Shown here in pieces: positions 37,946 to 50,881 of a DNA stretch of 64,000 nt. The DNA comes from Basidiobolus ranarum (Eukaryota), in contig JASJQH010006878.1 in assembly GCA_040143965.1 (NCBI GenBank), forward strand, positions 1 through 64,000, in the 5' to 3' direction. The notes under the pieces are model-generated. The model did not search any database. It saw only the letters and a list, made by a program, of their open reading frames with translations, and was not told where the DNA came from. The position numbers and the translations under genes are program-made. Position 1 is the first letter of the stretch. Each line of letters starts with the position of its first letter.

Positions 37946-39232
37946 ATGAAAGCTACTGTACTCCTTGGTTCTCTTCTCGCCCTTGCCGCCGCCTCCGCCG
38001 AAGTTTTCTTTGAAGAAACCTTCGATGGAAACTGGGCTGACCGTTGGGTTCCCTCCAAGGTAAAGGAAGACCTCGGTATTTTCGATGTCTCCGCTGGTAA
38101 ATTTTTCGCCGACTCTGAGGTCAGCAAGGGTCTTCAAACCACTCAAGATGCTCGTTTCTATGCTCTCTCCGCCCCAATGGATAAGACTTTCTCTAACAAG
38201 GATAAGGATTTCGTAGTTCAATTCTCCGTTAAGCACGAGCAAAACATCGACTGTGGTGGTGGTTACCTTAAGGTTCTCCCCCCTGGTGTTGACTTGGAGA
38301 AGTTCGATGGTGAAACCAAATACAATGTCATGTTTGGTCCTGATATTTGTGGTCCTGACAGAAAGGTTCACGTTATTTTGAACCATAACAATGTCAACCA
38401 TCTCATCAAAAAGCCCATCATCCCTCCTTCCGATCAAATGACCCATTTGTACACTCTTATCATCAAGCCTGACTTGACCTACTCTGTCCTCATTGATAAC
38501 AAGGAAGAAGCCACCGGTGGTCTTTTGGAAGATTGGGACATTTTGCCTCCCAAGACCATCAAAGACCCCGAAGCCAAGAAGCCTGAAGACTGGGTTGATA
38601 ATGCCACTATTCCTGATCCTGAAGACAAAAAACCTGAAGGTTATGACGATATCCAAGCACTTATTGCCGATCCCGAAGCTAAGAAGCCTGAAGACTGGGA
38701 TGATGAAGATGATGGTGAATGGGAATCACCCATGATTGATAACCCTGACTACAACGGTCCCTGGGAGCCCAAGACCATCCCCAATCCTGACTATAAGGGC
38801 CCTTGGGTACATCCTGAGATTCCTAACCCCGAATATAAGGAAGACAAAGATCTCTACGTCTACGAAAGTGGAAACGTCGCTTTCGATCTCTGGCAAGTCA
38901 AGGCCGGTACCATCTTTGACAACATTTTAATCACTGATGATGCCGCATACGCCAAGGAATTTGCCGAGAAAACCTTCGGAAAATACCAAGAAGCCGAGAA
39001 GGAAGCCAAAGAGAAGTTCGATGAAGTAGAGAAGAAGAAGCAAGAAGAAGAGGAGGCCAAGCTAGCTGCTGAAGCTGAAGCCGAAGCTGAAAATGAGGAA
39101 GTCGAGGAATTAGATGCTGACAAGGAAGTCACTGAAGAATCCAAATCCGCCGATGAGATTGTTGTTGAGACAGTTACTCCTGTACCCGAGGAGCCTGTTA
39201 AAGAGAAGGAAGCTATTAAGGATGAGTTGTAA
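37946..39232 (+). CDS. CALR: calreticulin, intronless
   Basis: Signal peptide, KHEQNIDCGGGY, MFGPDICG, P-domain KPEDWD repeats, no TM, and an acidic tail ending KDEL. Confidence 0.97.
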   Translation: MKATVLLGSLLALAAASAEVFFEETFDGNWADRWVPSKVKEDLGIFDVSAGKFFADSEVSKGLQTTQDARFYALSAPMDKTFSNKDKDFVVQFSVKHEQNIDCGGGYLKVLPPGVDLEKFDGETKYNVMFGPDICGPDRKVHVILNHNNVNHLIKKPIIPPSDQMTHLYTLIIKPDLTYSVLIDNKEEATGGLLEDWDILPPKTIKDPEAKKPEDWVDNATIPDPEDKKPEGYDDIQALIADPEAKKPEDWDDEDDGEWESPMIDNPDYNGPWEPKTIPNPDYKGPWVHPEIPNPEYKEDKDLYVYESGNVAFDLWQVKAGTIFDNILITDDAAYAKEFAEKTFGKYQEAEKEAKEKFDEVEKKKQEEEEAKLAAEAEAEAENEEVEELDADKEVTEESKSADEIVVETVTPVPEEPVKEKEAIKDEL

Positions 39233-39937
39233 ATTGAATTGAATTATTATTTAATATCATCCAAACTCTTTCCACTCGCGACTGCACTTAGCACCAATAT
39301 GCTACCATAGATTAGCAATGTTCTCACTCCAGATTCATATTTACATACAATCATTTTCGACTTACCTAATCCGCAGTGCTATGAGCTGAGCTTTATATTG
39401 GGAGATTGATATAAATCAAAACTATATAAAAAGTGAATAAATCAGCAGCATTTGACTACAGTACGTAGTTTTTGTATTTAAATTATCGAATTGCGAATTA
39501 GTTTTAGACCGAGAACTCCACCATTTAACGGAGTCTTTAGACTGATATATCCCAAGAAGCGTCCGATGGATTTTCCCACAAATTACGAGTAGTTGGTGGA
39601 ATTCCTTCAGTTGATGGAAAGAGAAGTTTCTGGGATGCCATCTAAGATAGCACCTTGATGATGGAGTTTAAATTAAAAGATACTTATCTCGAACGATTGT
39701 CCGACTTCAATGCTAGCCAGTAAGAATATTTCATCATGATGGAATTTCATGGAAATCAGCGTCAATTCCATTAATATCACATCATCATATATGGTGAAAT
39801 CTGATTTGTGATAAAAAAAATTCCAAGAAAGGGTTTGATGCTCAATTACCACAGCGTGAGTGTCTAGAAAAAAAAGCTCAACAAAAAAGCGAGGTTTAGC
39901 TAAGTAACAGAGCTTGTTCTTTGAACTTATTCACATA

Positions 39938-42066
39938 ATGGTGAGTTATTTAAACATACAAGAGTTTTGTATTTCCTTCTTGAAAATTAACTCTTTGTTA
40001 TAACAGTCTGCTACTGCCGAGAAAGTTGAAAGACCTGTTGCTAACGAAGCTAACCGCAAGGTCAGAGAAGGCGTCGCCTTGAATTTGTCCACAGATGATG
40101 TCAAGTATGGAGCTACATTGTTATTCCCAATCGATCCCTCGACTAACAGAAATTTACTTCTAGACTTCCTGTTAAGGGTGAAAGAAACATCTTAGTAACT
40201 TCTGCCTTGCCTTATGTTAACAATGTTCCCCATTTGGGTAACATTATTGGTGCTGTTTTGAGTGCTGACGTTTTCGCTCGTTATACACGCTCTCGTGGTT
40301 ACAATGTTCTCTACGTTTGTGGTACTGATGAATATGGTACTGCTACTGAAACCAAAGCCTTAGAGGAAGGTGTTTCATGCCAAGAGCTTTGCGATAAATA
40401 TAATGCCCTTCACGCACAAGTCTACGAGTGGTTTGGTATTGACTTCGACTACTTTGGTAGAACCACCACTAAGCAACAAACTGAGTAAGTACTTCATTTC
40501 CTTGAAACCATTCTGAAGCGACCCCTTTTTAATTGAACTTGCTGTAGAATTGGCCAAGACATCTTTTTGAAGCTTCAGAAAAACGGATACCTTATTGAGG
40601 ATAGTATGACACAGTTGTACTGTGAAAAATGCGAAAGATTCTTGGCTGATCGTTATGTTGAGGGTACTTGTCCCAAGTGCCGTTATGTCGATGCTAGAGG
40701 TGACCAATGTGATCAATGCCAACAGTTGCTTAACGCCACCGAGCTTATCTCTCCTCGTTGTAAACTTGACGGAAATGCCCCAATCACCCGTGATTCTACT
40801 CACATGTTCTTAGACCTTCCCAAGCTTCAACCCAAATGTGAGGAGTTTGTCAGAGAATCTAGCCAAACTGGTCACTGGGCCAACAATGGTAAGATCATCA
40901 CTCAATCTTGGTTGAAGGAGGGTTTGAAGGTTCGTTGTATCACCCGTGATCTTAAATGGGGTACTCCCGTTCCTTTGGAACACATGAAGGATAAGGTTTT
41001 CTATGTTTGGTTCGATGCTCCAATCGGTTACCCATCTATCACCGCTAACTACACCTCTGAGTGGGAGAAATGGTGGAAGAATCCCGAGGATGTTAAACTT
41101 TATCAATTCATGGGTAAAGACAATATTCCTTTCCATACCGTTATATTCCCCTGCTCTTTGATTGGTACCAACGACCCATGGACTATGTTGCATCATATCA
41201 GTACCACTGAATATCTCAACTATGAGAATGGTAAATTCTCCAAGAGTAGAAATGTTGGTGTCTTCGGTAACAATGTTATGGAGACTGGAATCCCCGTTTC
41301 TGTCTGGCGTTATTACCTCTTATCCAACCGCCCTGAAACCAACGACAGTGTCTTCACCTGGAAGGACTTCATCATCAGAAACAACAGTGAATTGTTGGCT
41401 AATGTTGGTAACTTCTGTAATCGTGTTATCAAGTTCGTTGACTCTGCCAAGTACAATGGCGTCCTACCTCCTTTCTCTCTTGAAGGAGACAATGAAAAAC
41501 AACTCATTGAAGATGTGAACAAGTTGCTTGATTCTTACATTGATGCTCTTGAAAATGTTAAATTACGTAGTGGTCTTGAGATTGCTATGAAGATTTCTCA
41601 ACGCGGTAATCAATACCTTCAAGAATCTAAACTTGATAACTCTCTCTATGACAACGAACGTCCTCAATGTGACACCCTTATCACAGTCGCTGTTAATTTG
41701 ATCTACTTGCTCTCGGCTGTTTTCTACCCCTACATGCCTACTACTTCCGAATCGATCTGTAGACAACTTAATGCACCAATCCCTCGCATTCCTGAGACCT
41801 TCCAAATCAACATTCTTGAAGGACATGTTATGGGTAAACCTGAATATCTTTTCAAGAGAATTGATGGAAAGATGGAGGAAGTTTTCAAGCAGAAATATGG
41901 TGGCGGTGCTAAGGAAGAGCCTGCTAAGAAAAAGAAGTCCAAGAAGAGCAAGAAAACCGAGGCTAAACCCCAAGTGGAAGGCGACAAAGCCGAGGCTAAA
42001 CCCCAGGCTGAGAGTGAAAAGGCCGAGCCCAAGGTTGAGAGCGACAAAACCACCGAAACTGCCTAA
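39938..42066 (+). CDS. MES1: cytoplasmic methionyl-tRNA synthetase
   Basis: [12 protein letters not shown] (HIGH), CxxC zinc knuckles and KFSKS. The first exon is ATG only. Confidence 0.97.
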
Positions 42067-42782
42067 AGCATTGATCCAAATCTACTCATGTTGACCACTT
42101 TTCGACCAGTTTTTCATCCTCATTTCATCTTCTGTAAATCATATTACTGATCGATTATATAAGAAAACCATATAAAATAAACTTATATAGCTACTTGTAT
42201 AATGCAGGAATACGAGTTTGTTTTCTCCAAATGCGTTTCTCTCCACAAGTACACATCAATGCATCATTGAAGGATCACCTTAAAAGGCTGCGCCAGACAT
42301 CAAGTGATTTTTGCTGAGCTAAGAGAAATCCAAGACCAAGATTACTGGGGCTATTGAGATATTTTGTGATACACTCTTACTAAACTAGTCATTTCTGCAA
42401 AGTTGTACTATGGGAGTATTGGCTTATTTGGTAGAAAAATTAAGGAAAGTCCATATTTTACCTTATTCGAATCAATACGTATCTCTCTCGGTGTGTAGAT
42501 GTGGCCCCAAGGTAGGACCAAAATTTGAGCGAGCGTAAGATCGTGTTACATTGACCCTCGACATACATGAACTACGCATAAGTGCTAGTTACGATATTTT
42601 GCTTTTTTCTTATTCCCGGCTCTAGCCTTCCTTATATGAGCTATTTTCTTCGAACTGTTTTCAATATACAAGAATAGGTGTTGTCTTTCAGAGATCAATA
42701 CCTCATATTCGACATTTCTTTTCATATCTGTTTTATATACTTATTTATTAGCATTAATACTCTAATTCCAGCTCTCGAGCAA

Positions 42783-43842
42783 ATGAAACTCAACACTCAC
42801 TCATGGATAGCATATCAAGTGCTCTGTTTATTTCTGATATCAACCACTGATGCTCTGAAGGAATCCTTGACGTACCATATAGTAGGGGGTGTTCCAGCTA
42901 TTAAAGATGAATTCCCATTCATGGTCAACGTGTATATAGATAATTGGCCATCTTGCGGGGGTGCAGTTTTGGCAAATGAATGGATTGCAACCGCTGGACA
43001 TTGTGTGAATGCTGCATATATAGACGACGAGAGTAACCAAGAAGCTAATGTTTACAGACCACTTAATGCCACACGATTGAAAATTGCAGTAGGGTCCATT
43101 GCAAAGAATTCCCCAACCCTCTTGCCAATCAAATCAATTGTTGTTCATCCTGACTATACACCCGGCTCGGAAATGGTAGCGTCATAACTTTCTGTCTAAA
43201 TTGTTTATTCAATAGAAAGCTAATCAGTTACTGATACCCTTTCTAATATAGAATGACCTGGCTCTTTTACAGCTTTATCAACCATTAGCTTTCAATCGTA
43301 GTGTACAAAGGGTGCCTATAAGTAAATCCAAAGTACTTCCTGGGCAGAATGTAACTGCTTTAGGCTGGGGAAGCAACGAGTCGAATGTGTCTGCAGTGTC
43401 GCTATTAAAGGTTGACTTTAATATAGCACCTCTGGACCCATGTCGCATGATGAATCCAGAATTTACCGACAATCAAGGCTCGCAAATTTGTGCAGGAATG
43501 ACACCTGGGCGAGACACTTGCTATGGAGATTCTGGGGGTCCACTGGTGCAACAAATTAATGGGACTATTAGTTTACTGGGGATTACTAGTTACGGTGGCT
43601 CTATCGTCAGTGGGGGACCATCTTGCGGAGGGGACAACAACATTGCCTTTTACACCCACGTTAGCCAATATATGAACTTCTTGCGCAACACAACTGGACT
43701 ACCAGATGCTCAGTTTGGGCCAGTGCAATCAACTAACTCCACACCAACCACTGATCAGACTACCAGTAATGCTCACTTATCCCAAAGTTTTAACTTCTTC
43801 AGTCTTTTTGTAATTTTCGTATGTAGTTTGAACTTCCTGTAA
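42783..43842 (+). CDS. secreted trypsin-family (S1) serine protease with hydrophobic C-terminus
   Basis: Signal peptide, IVGG, TAGHC, NDLAL and RDTCYGDSGGP, then an S/T linker and hydrophobic tail. One intron. Confidence 0.95.
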
Positions 43843-44450
43843 GCATTCTAATTGTTGTAATCAACGCTATACTATGTATTGTTCTTTAATAATTCATTTC
43901 CTGAGATTAATCATTAGTAGGTTACCTCATTAATATAAAGTGCCATACAAATCAGCTGCTGGTTCCTTTGCTCTTCACAGAGAAGGTTCTTTTACCAAAG
44001 ATGTCCTAATATAATTGTATATATGGTACAACTGTTCTTTTTCCTGTTGGCCAAATCAGGTGAAATTAGACTCGATCCTCTGTGGTTTGGAGGCTTAGCT
44101 TGATTCCCATATTTCCTCGTTTCTGTGAATTCATGGAATTTCAAGAAATATCGGAATATGTTAGATTCTATCACCTTGTCAATCTTGAATTCCCTAATTC
44201 GTCTCTAATCCGTTCAACATCAAGATATTTGAATTAATCCTATTTTCATAGCATCTTATTGAACATTAGGGTACTAAATTGTCGAGTAGTATTGCTTACC
44301 AAAAATTGCGTTTCTCATGCTTACCCGGTCCCCCTGCTCACTGAAGTAGCTGGTTCCATTTATCTTATCTAAACCGCTCCTCCAAACACCTTCAGGTTCT
44401 GTCCCCATCATTTTTACACTCTATTAGTTTCTTTGCCCTACTTACTTGTG

Positions 44451-46276
44451 ATGGATCCCAGAATCAATGAAAAGGAAGCTGCTGCTATCCACGCTGCTGC
44501 AGTAACCAGAAACTACTCTTTACAACCACGTTTAGGTACGATATACCCCCTTTTTTTGACTTCTTCCCCTCATCTACAAACTATATGTGCAGTATGTAAC
44601 ACTATTATTCTGTAATATAGATTACAGAACTGTTGCCGGTGTCAACGGTCCTTTAGTCATTCTTGATAACGTCAAGGTATTTCCCCTGTTTACGTTATAT
44701 AACTTCTCACCTCATTTTTCTCACACGCTTATCATACTATAGTTCCCCAAATTCGCTGAAATTGTCGAACTTACTTTACCAGATGGTACTAAGCGTTCTG
44801 GCCAAGTACTAGAAGTCCAAGGAAAGAGAGCTGTTGTGCAGGTATGTAGCTATTCATGCTCACTTTACTTGTTCAATTCTCATGTAGTTTCTCCAAACCG
44901 TAGGTTTTCGAAGGTACCGCTGGTGTTGATGCTCGTGCCACTCATGTTGAATTCACTGGTGATACCCTAAAGATGCCCGTCTCGGAAGATATGTTGGGTC
45001 GTGTTTTCAACGGTTCTGGTAAAAGTATTGACAAGGGCCCTAAAGTATTTGCTGAAGAATTCCTGGATATTGAAGGTTTGTTTCACTACATTCATTCCGA
45101 ATGTTTTTTTAGTCAATCCTCTCATTCCCTTGCTAACAAAATACCATTTTAACACCCAAAGGTTCTCCAATCAACCCCTTCTCACGTATTTACCCCGAAG
45201 AAATGATTCAAACCGGTATCTCTGCTATTGATACCATGAATTCTATTGCCCGTGGTCAAAAGATCCCCATTTTCTCTGCTGCTGGTTTGCCTCATAATGA
45301 AGTTGCAGCTCAAATTTGCCGACAAGCAGGTTTAGTCAAGAAGCCCACTAAGGATGTTCACGATGGTCATGAAGACAACTTCGCTATTGTATTTGCTGCC
45401 ATGGGTGTCAATATGGAAACTGCTCGTTTCTTCAAGCAGGACTTCGAGGAGAATGGCTCTATTGAACGTGTCACATTGTTCCTCAATCTTGCCAATGATC
45501 CTACTATTGAACGTATCATTACTCCCAGATTGGCCTTGACTACCGCAGAATACTATGCCTATCAGCTCGAGAAACACGTGTTGGTTATCTTGACCGATAT
45601 GTCTTCCTATGCTGATGCCTTGCGTGAAGTTTCTGCTGCCAGAGAAGAAGTACCTGGTCGTCGTGGTTATCCCGGTTATATGTACACCGATTTGTCCACC
45701 ATTTACGAGCGTGCTGGTCGTGTTGAAGGCCGTAATGGCTCCATTACACAAATCCCTATTTTGACTATGCCTAACGATGATATTACACATCCTATTCCTG
45801 ATTTGACTGGCTACATTACTGAGGGACAGATTTATGTGGACCGTCAACTCCACAATCGCCAAATTTACCCACCCATCAACGTTTTGCCTTCTCTTTCTCG
45901 TCTCATGAAGTCTGCCATTGGTGAAGGTATGACTCGTAAGGACCATGGTGATGTTTCCAACCAACTGTATGCCAAGTATGCCATTGGTCGTGATGCTGCT
46001 GCCATGAAGGCTGTCGTTGGTGAAGAAGCTCTTAACCAGGAAGATAAACTTTCTCTCGAGTTTTTGGACAAATTCGAAAAGACCTTCATTGCTCAAGGCC
46101 ATTACGAATCCAGAACCATTTTTGAATCTCTCGATCATGCCTGGTCTCTTCTTCGTATCTTCCCCAAGGAGTTGCTTAACCGTATCCCTCAAAAGACCTT
46201 GGCCGAGTTTTATCAACGTGATCGTAAGAAGGGTAACAAAGACACCATTGATAACGAAATTGACACTAAAGCATAG
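44451..46276 (+). CDS. VMA2: V-type ATPase subunit B
   Basis: [32 protein letters not shown] and [15 protein letters not shown]. Confidence 0.98.
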
Positions 46277-47053
46277 TTTGGTTTGCCTTGCTTTCGCATT
46301 GTGGATGTAAGTGTGGATTCCCTAACAAGACTAAGCAACAGATATAATGACTGAATTATATCCAATTTGATTCGCTTTTAAATAATATATCCGTCCGCCC
46401 TCTTTTCACTTTTTAATAAAGTTATTTAAAACCTGGTCAGCATTGTCACATATGTGTGGGTGTGGTATGGCTGTATCTCATGCATAACTCATCAACGGAC
46501 ATGTTACTGCCAGTTGCTGGGTGTTTGTAGGTCGTAACACCAATTCCCAACCTGAAGTCATGATAATCATTAGATGTGCAACTACGCTGAAGATGATTGA
46601 GTGCCTTAGCACTTAAGTAAAATAGTTAAGGATTGCCCATTTCCGACATATAATACCTATTTATGGTAAGACCACCGGTATTATACTTGTAAGGAAATAT
46701 CATATCCAATTTATAAATGATTGGTTTGAGGTCTTATGTGCTATGTATTTGTGTATTTGTTAATATTGTTCGAAGGATTTTGTACCTCTAGTTAAGGATT
46801 GCCCACTCTTGTTTTTTACTCTACTCTGTGCTTAGACCTAGAAAACCAGAAACGATTATTTTTCCGCAAAGCCGTACTCTTCAACGAAGTACCTAGTTCA
46901 TTTCCTGCGCTGAATACACATAAACAATTCCCTTCCACGATACATGTCAGCTGTTCTGTAGACACTCAATCACTTTTCTAAACAATATAGTCGAGTAGTG
47001 AAGTTAGATATCTACTTTTCCCTCTCCCTTCAATAGGTTACTTTAAGCGCATT

Positions 47054-48292
47054 ATGCACATAAAAGCATCGTTTTGCTCCTATGTAATTTCATTCTTTTT
47101 AGTCATTATCTTTGGGTCAGGTCAAAATTCCTTTTTCTCTTACTCACAAATAGTTCAACGGGATGGTAGGTAGTTCCTTTTTATTTAACACGTAGAATAT
47201 CACGTTAACTCCTTTTCTGATAGACACTTCAGTTTGCGGTCCTGAAATTTATTGTTTACCCAAACGCAATGAAACTTGGACTATGTCGACTGTTGGTGTT
47301 ATACGTTGGTATCCCAAATATCCTACATTTGTGGTCCAAGATCGTGTTGACGTTCGACTCTACGATGTAACAGATTTACGAAAACCTGTGTTGGAACGAC
47401 TGAATACCACTAATGGGGATGGTTATATGTACTTGGAATTAGACCCAAATCTTCAGCCACCAATTTTTGCACCAGTCCTCAACCGCCCAAAGAATTATAC
47501 TGCCCAAAGAATATTTTGCTTTTCAATTACTCCTGCCGGTGATACTACAGTCGGTAACTTGAATGGTCCCTACTTTTATATTCAAGGTACCTTGTTATTA
47601 TTAAGGGAATGTATGATTTCATGAACTATATTCTAATGCATCAGTATTTACTTTACCAGACCCTCCGCCTCTAAATGAATCCACTCTGACAACCTCGACA
47701 ACCCTTAGTACAGTTATCCCAACCTATACGACCATGACTTCACAACCAGAGAGCTCTACCCCTATATCTACAAATACCCCCAATCAAGTTAATTCAAAGC
47801 GAAAGCCCGAATCCGTGGGTTTATCGTCTGGTGCGATTGCTGGAATTTCTGTAGGATCCATAGCAGTTCTAGTAGCCGCTGGAATATATCCTTTTATTGA
47901 AAATAATTCTTTCTCCTATTTTCTTTATTTACAAATGATTATATCCTTAACATTTTACTGCCTTGATGTTTTATCGTAAGCGAAGTAAAAAATCACAATT
48001 CGATACTGGAACCGGGAAAAATTCGTCTCAAGATGACTCTACTGGTGGTGCTATCACTGAGAATGTAGGGGTTAAACGTTTGAATTCTTTACGTCTGACT
48101 GCAAACGATGCCCGCTTAATTGCAGAAACCTATCGACGACTCTTACGTAAACCAAGTTGGGGACTTACAGACGAGCATGAAATAATACCCATGAGGACAG
48201 GTTCCTCACCCATTTCTTCTACTCACTCTATTAATCCTACTCCTGATACGACTCCCCCAGGAAAATCTTCTCACCTACCAGATCACCTTTGA
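47054..48292 (+). CDS. type I membrane protein (signal/ectodomain, S/T stalk, LSSGAIAGI TM)
   Basis: Spliced ORF. The TM is completed across an AT-AC intron (GAIAGISVGSIAVLVAAGIALMFYRKR), followed by cytosolic LTANDARLIAETYRRLLRKPSW. Confidence 0.8.
47886..47958 (+). other. U12-type AT-AC intron
   Basis: 5' ATATCCTTT, branch TCCTTAAC at 47944-47951, 3' AC. Removal gives in-frame AAG-I-ALMFYRK. Confidence 0.92.
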
Positions 48293-48711
48293 CAAAGGTC
48301 AAAAACCCGTGTGAATTCATATACTATTAGTCCATTTTTTCATTAATTTTCTCTTTCGAAACCTCATCTCACTTGATTTTGAACGACACAACACCACTGT
48401 TTCCCTTTTTTTGTTGATAAGAGTTTAAAGGCACAGTTTTGATAAATCTCGGTTTTCAGATTTTAAATAGAATCGAAGAGATGTTTGTGTAGCTCATTGC
48501 AAGGTTGTATACCCTCTCGTACCATACGTACAAATATATGAAGATGCCAAGTGTAACTAAACTGCCCATGTGAAGTTGAACTCTAGTGATATTCATTTTA
48601 TTTACAATCGATATTGCGCTACCTTCTATATTGGAAGCTACAATAATTAATGAAACATTAAGTAACCCTTAATAAACTCTAGTGAAAATTGCTAACTATA
48701 CATTGGTGCAA

Positions 48712-50881
48712 CTAAAAAGGCACATAACTCAACCCTGATTCTTGCTTGACTAGCATTTGTTGACGTCTTACTAACTCTTGTTCAAGATCTTGAATGCGTC
48801 GGTTAAGGGCCAAGAATAACACGGATTTCGGCATTTGGTTTGGTGCTTGAGATAAATCAATGGCCGCTGGATAATAAAATATTGTTTAGATTCGGTATAC
48901 TCTAATATATCGCAACAACTACTTACCAGAGCTTTCTGTCATTCCTCCTAATCGTCTATTATTAAACCAACCACGGAGAGCATGTAGTGTTAGGTTCATA
49001 CTGTTGGCAAGCTCGATGATTTGAGGGTGGTTAGGGTATGGCGTGGTGGTAAAGACCTCCTCCAACTTAGCCACAACCTCAGGGCTAAAAAGAGTGTAGC
49101 CATCTCTTTGACTCTCTAAATCAGACTTGCGGTCTCGACGGCGAAGCTCTTTAAACCATCGCTCGATATTCTACAATATATAATCAAATTTAGTTACTTG
49201 GAAATTAATGTCGCTCGCTATTGCCATTGTTCTGACCTTGAACGTTTCATTGTACTGCTCAGCCAACTCTTGGATCGTTTCTCGGGATGGATACATAACT
49301 TGCTTGTGGACTTCTTCTACTGCAAGGTGAAGAGGATCCTCATAGTAACCTACTCTGGATTGCCGCTCACGGAACCAAGCATTAATTTTAAGATAGTCAA
49401 TACCCAATTGCTCCGCCAACTCCTTACGCTGTAGCGAGGTGGGGTACCCATGACATTCGTCGTAAAGCTTACTCATTGCTTCCACAACTGGTGGTGGGAA
49501 TCTAGCTAACTTAGCGGCTCGTTTGTTCTTGGGTTTAACAGTTTTATCTACCATTTTTCTCTTCTCTGGAGTTGTTTTGGGGTGCGGGTTCAGAGGATGT
49601 TGATCTATCTCGATTCCTCTTTCTCGGTCTTCGGCACGGCGTTTGTAAAACCATTGAGAGATTGACTAGCGTATAGGTATTACTAAAATGGAACGCAAAC
49701 AATCATTCCATTCAATAACATACCTTATCACTTCTCTTTAAATGCTCCGCAAGCTCTAATAATTGTTCAGCACTGGGAAATGGTGTTTGCTCGTAAAAGT
49801 CATGTAGTGTCTGTATAGCTTCAGGAGTATACTTGACCAATGCAGGTTTAATATCAACGCCATCATTTCTGTCACGATCTCGTCTCTTAGAAAACCAGCG
49901 TTTGATTCTCTAATGTTAATAAGAAAATGATTAGAATATGTCTACGTGGACAATACGAATATCTCCAGTCTAAGTAACAAAACTTACTCTTAACGTGACG
50001 TCGTTTTCACTGGCTAACTGTTCCATAACTGGAACTGGTGGATAAAATGTATCTTTATAAACCTTTTCACATGACTCGCCAAGTTTTTCCAAATCACATT
50101 CAGGTGCGCTACAAATAACTGGAGAAATGATTTCGGCACCTTTTTGGCGTAACTGGTTTCGTCTATTTGTGAACCACAAGATAATTTTCTATGAATGAAT
50201 TAAACCTTGTTTAGAATACATGCCACTCGATGAACTTGTTGTGAAAATACCTTTCTATTTACTCCCATTTTGTAGGCGATTTGTGTATATTCTTGTGTAG
50301 AAGGATATTTATTCTGTTGGAAGATGGGCTCAAGGTAAAAAGCAAGCGCGTTCTTTTTTCGAGCATTAATCGATTCATAATCTGCGGAAGTTATTTGATT
50401 GACGCGTTTGTTGGTTGGTGAGTAATATAGTTGCCAAAAACTTCTCACTATCTCAGAAGTCGTGTCAGCCTCTTGAGCAAATTTTTTCAGTTGGTCTTCG
50501 TTAGGAGAAGAAGTAGCCAAGATAAAGGAGCGTATTTTTTCTACATTTTCAGTAGTTAAGCCCACCTCTTTACTCCTAGTAGCTTTTCTTCTTCTGTTTC
50601 TAAACCAAGCTTTGGTGGACTTTATAAGTTCAAGTTCGGAAAGAGAGTAAGTGACAGTTGGTGTCAAACTTATTTGATAAAAAAATTACGCGACAAACCT
50701 CTTGTTCAACCGAGCAAACTTCACAAATAACACTATATTCATATTGGTTTGGGTAGGGATTGCATATATAGTATTCTTCAAAGCGTTCTCGTACAGACTG
50801 GCTTAAGTGTCGGGTGATAGAGGATTTTTTTGGCTTGTCAGAGTCTACACATTCAACCTCGACCTCAGCTTCAGCTGCCAT
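48712..50881 (-). CDS. multi-homeodomain protein (about 8 tandem homeodomains), 7 exons
   Basis: Repeated YP..(helix 2)..WF.nRR units: AWFRNRRR, LWFTNRRN, RWFSKRRD, QWFYKRRA, AWFRERQS, RWFKELRR and GWFNNRRL, plus one degenerate unit. A C-terminal coiled-coil-like segment follows (3' end slightly uncertain). Confidence 0.88.

Noticed and set aside
37865-38656. 263-aa antisense ORF over calreticulin
   Set aside because: Shadow ORF from biased codon usage of a highly expressed gene.
45332-46216. 294-aa antisense ORF over VMA2
   Set aside because: Codon-bias shadow with no recognisable motifs.
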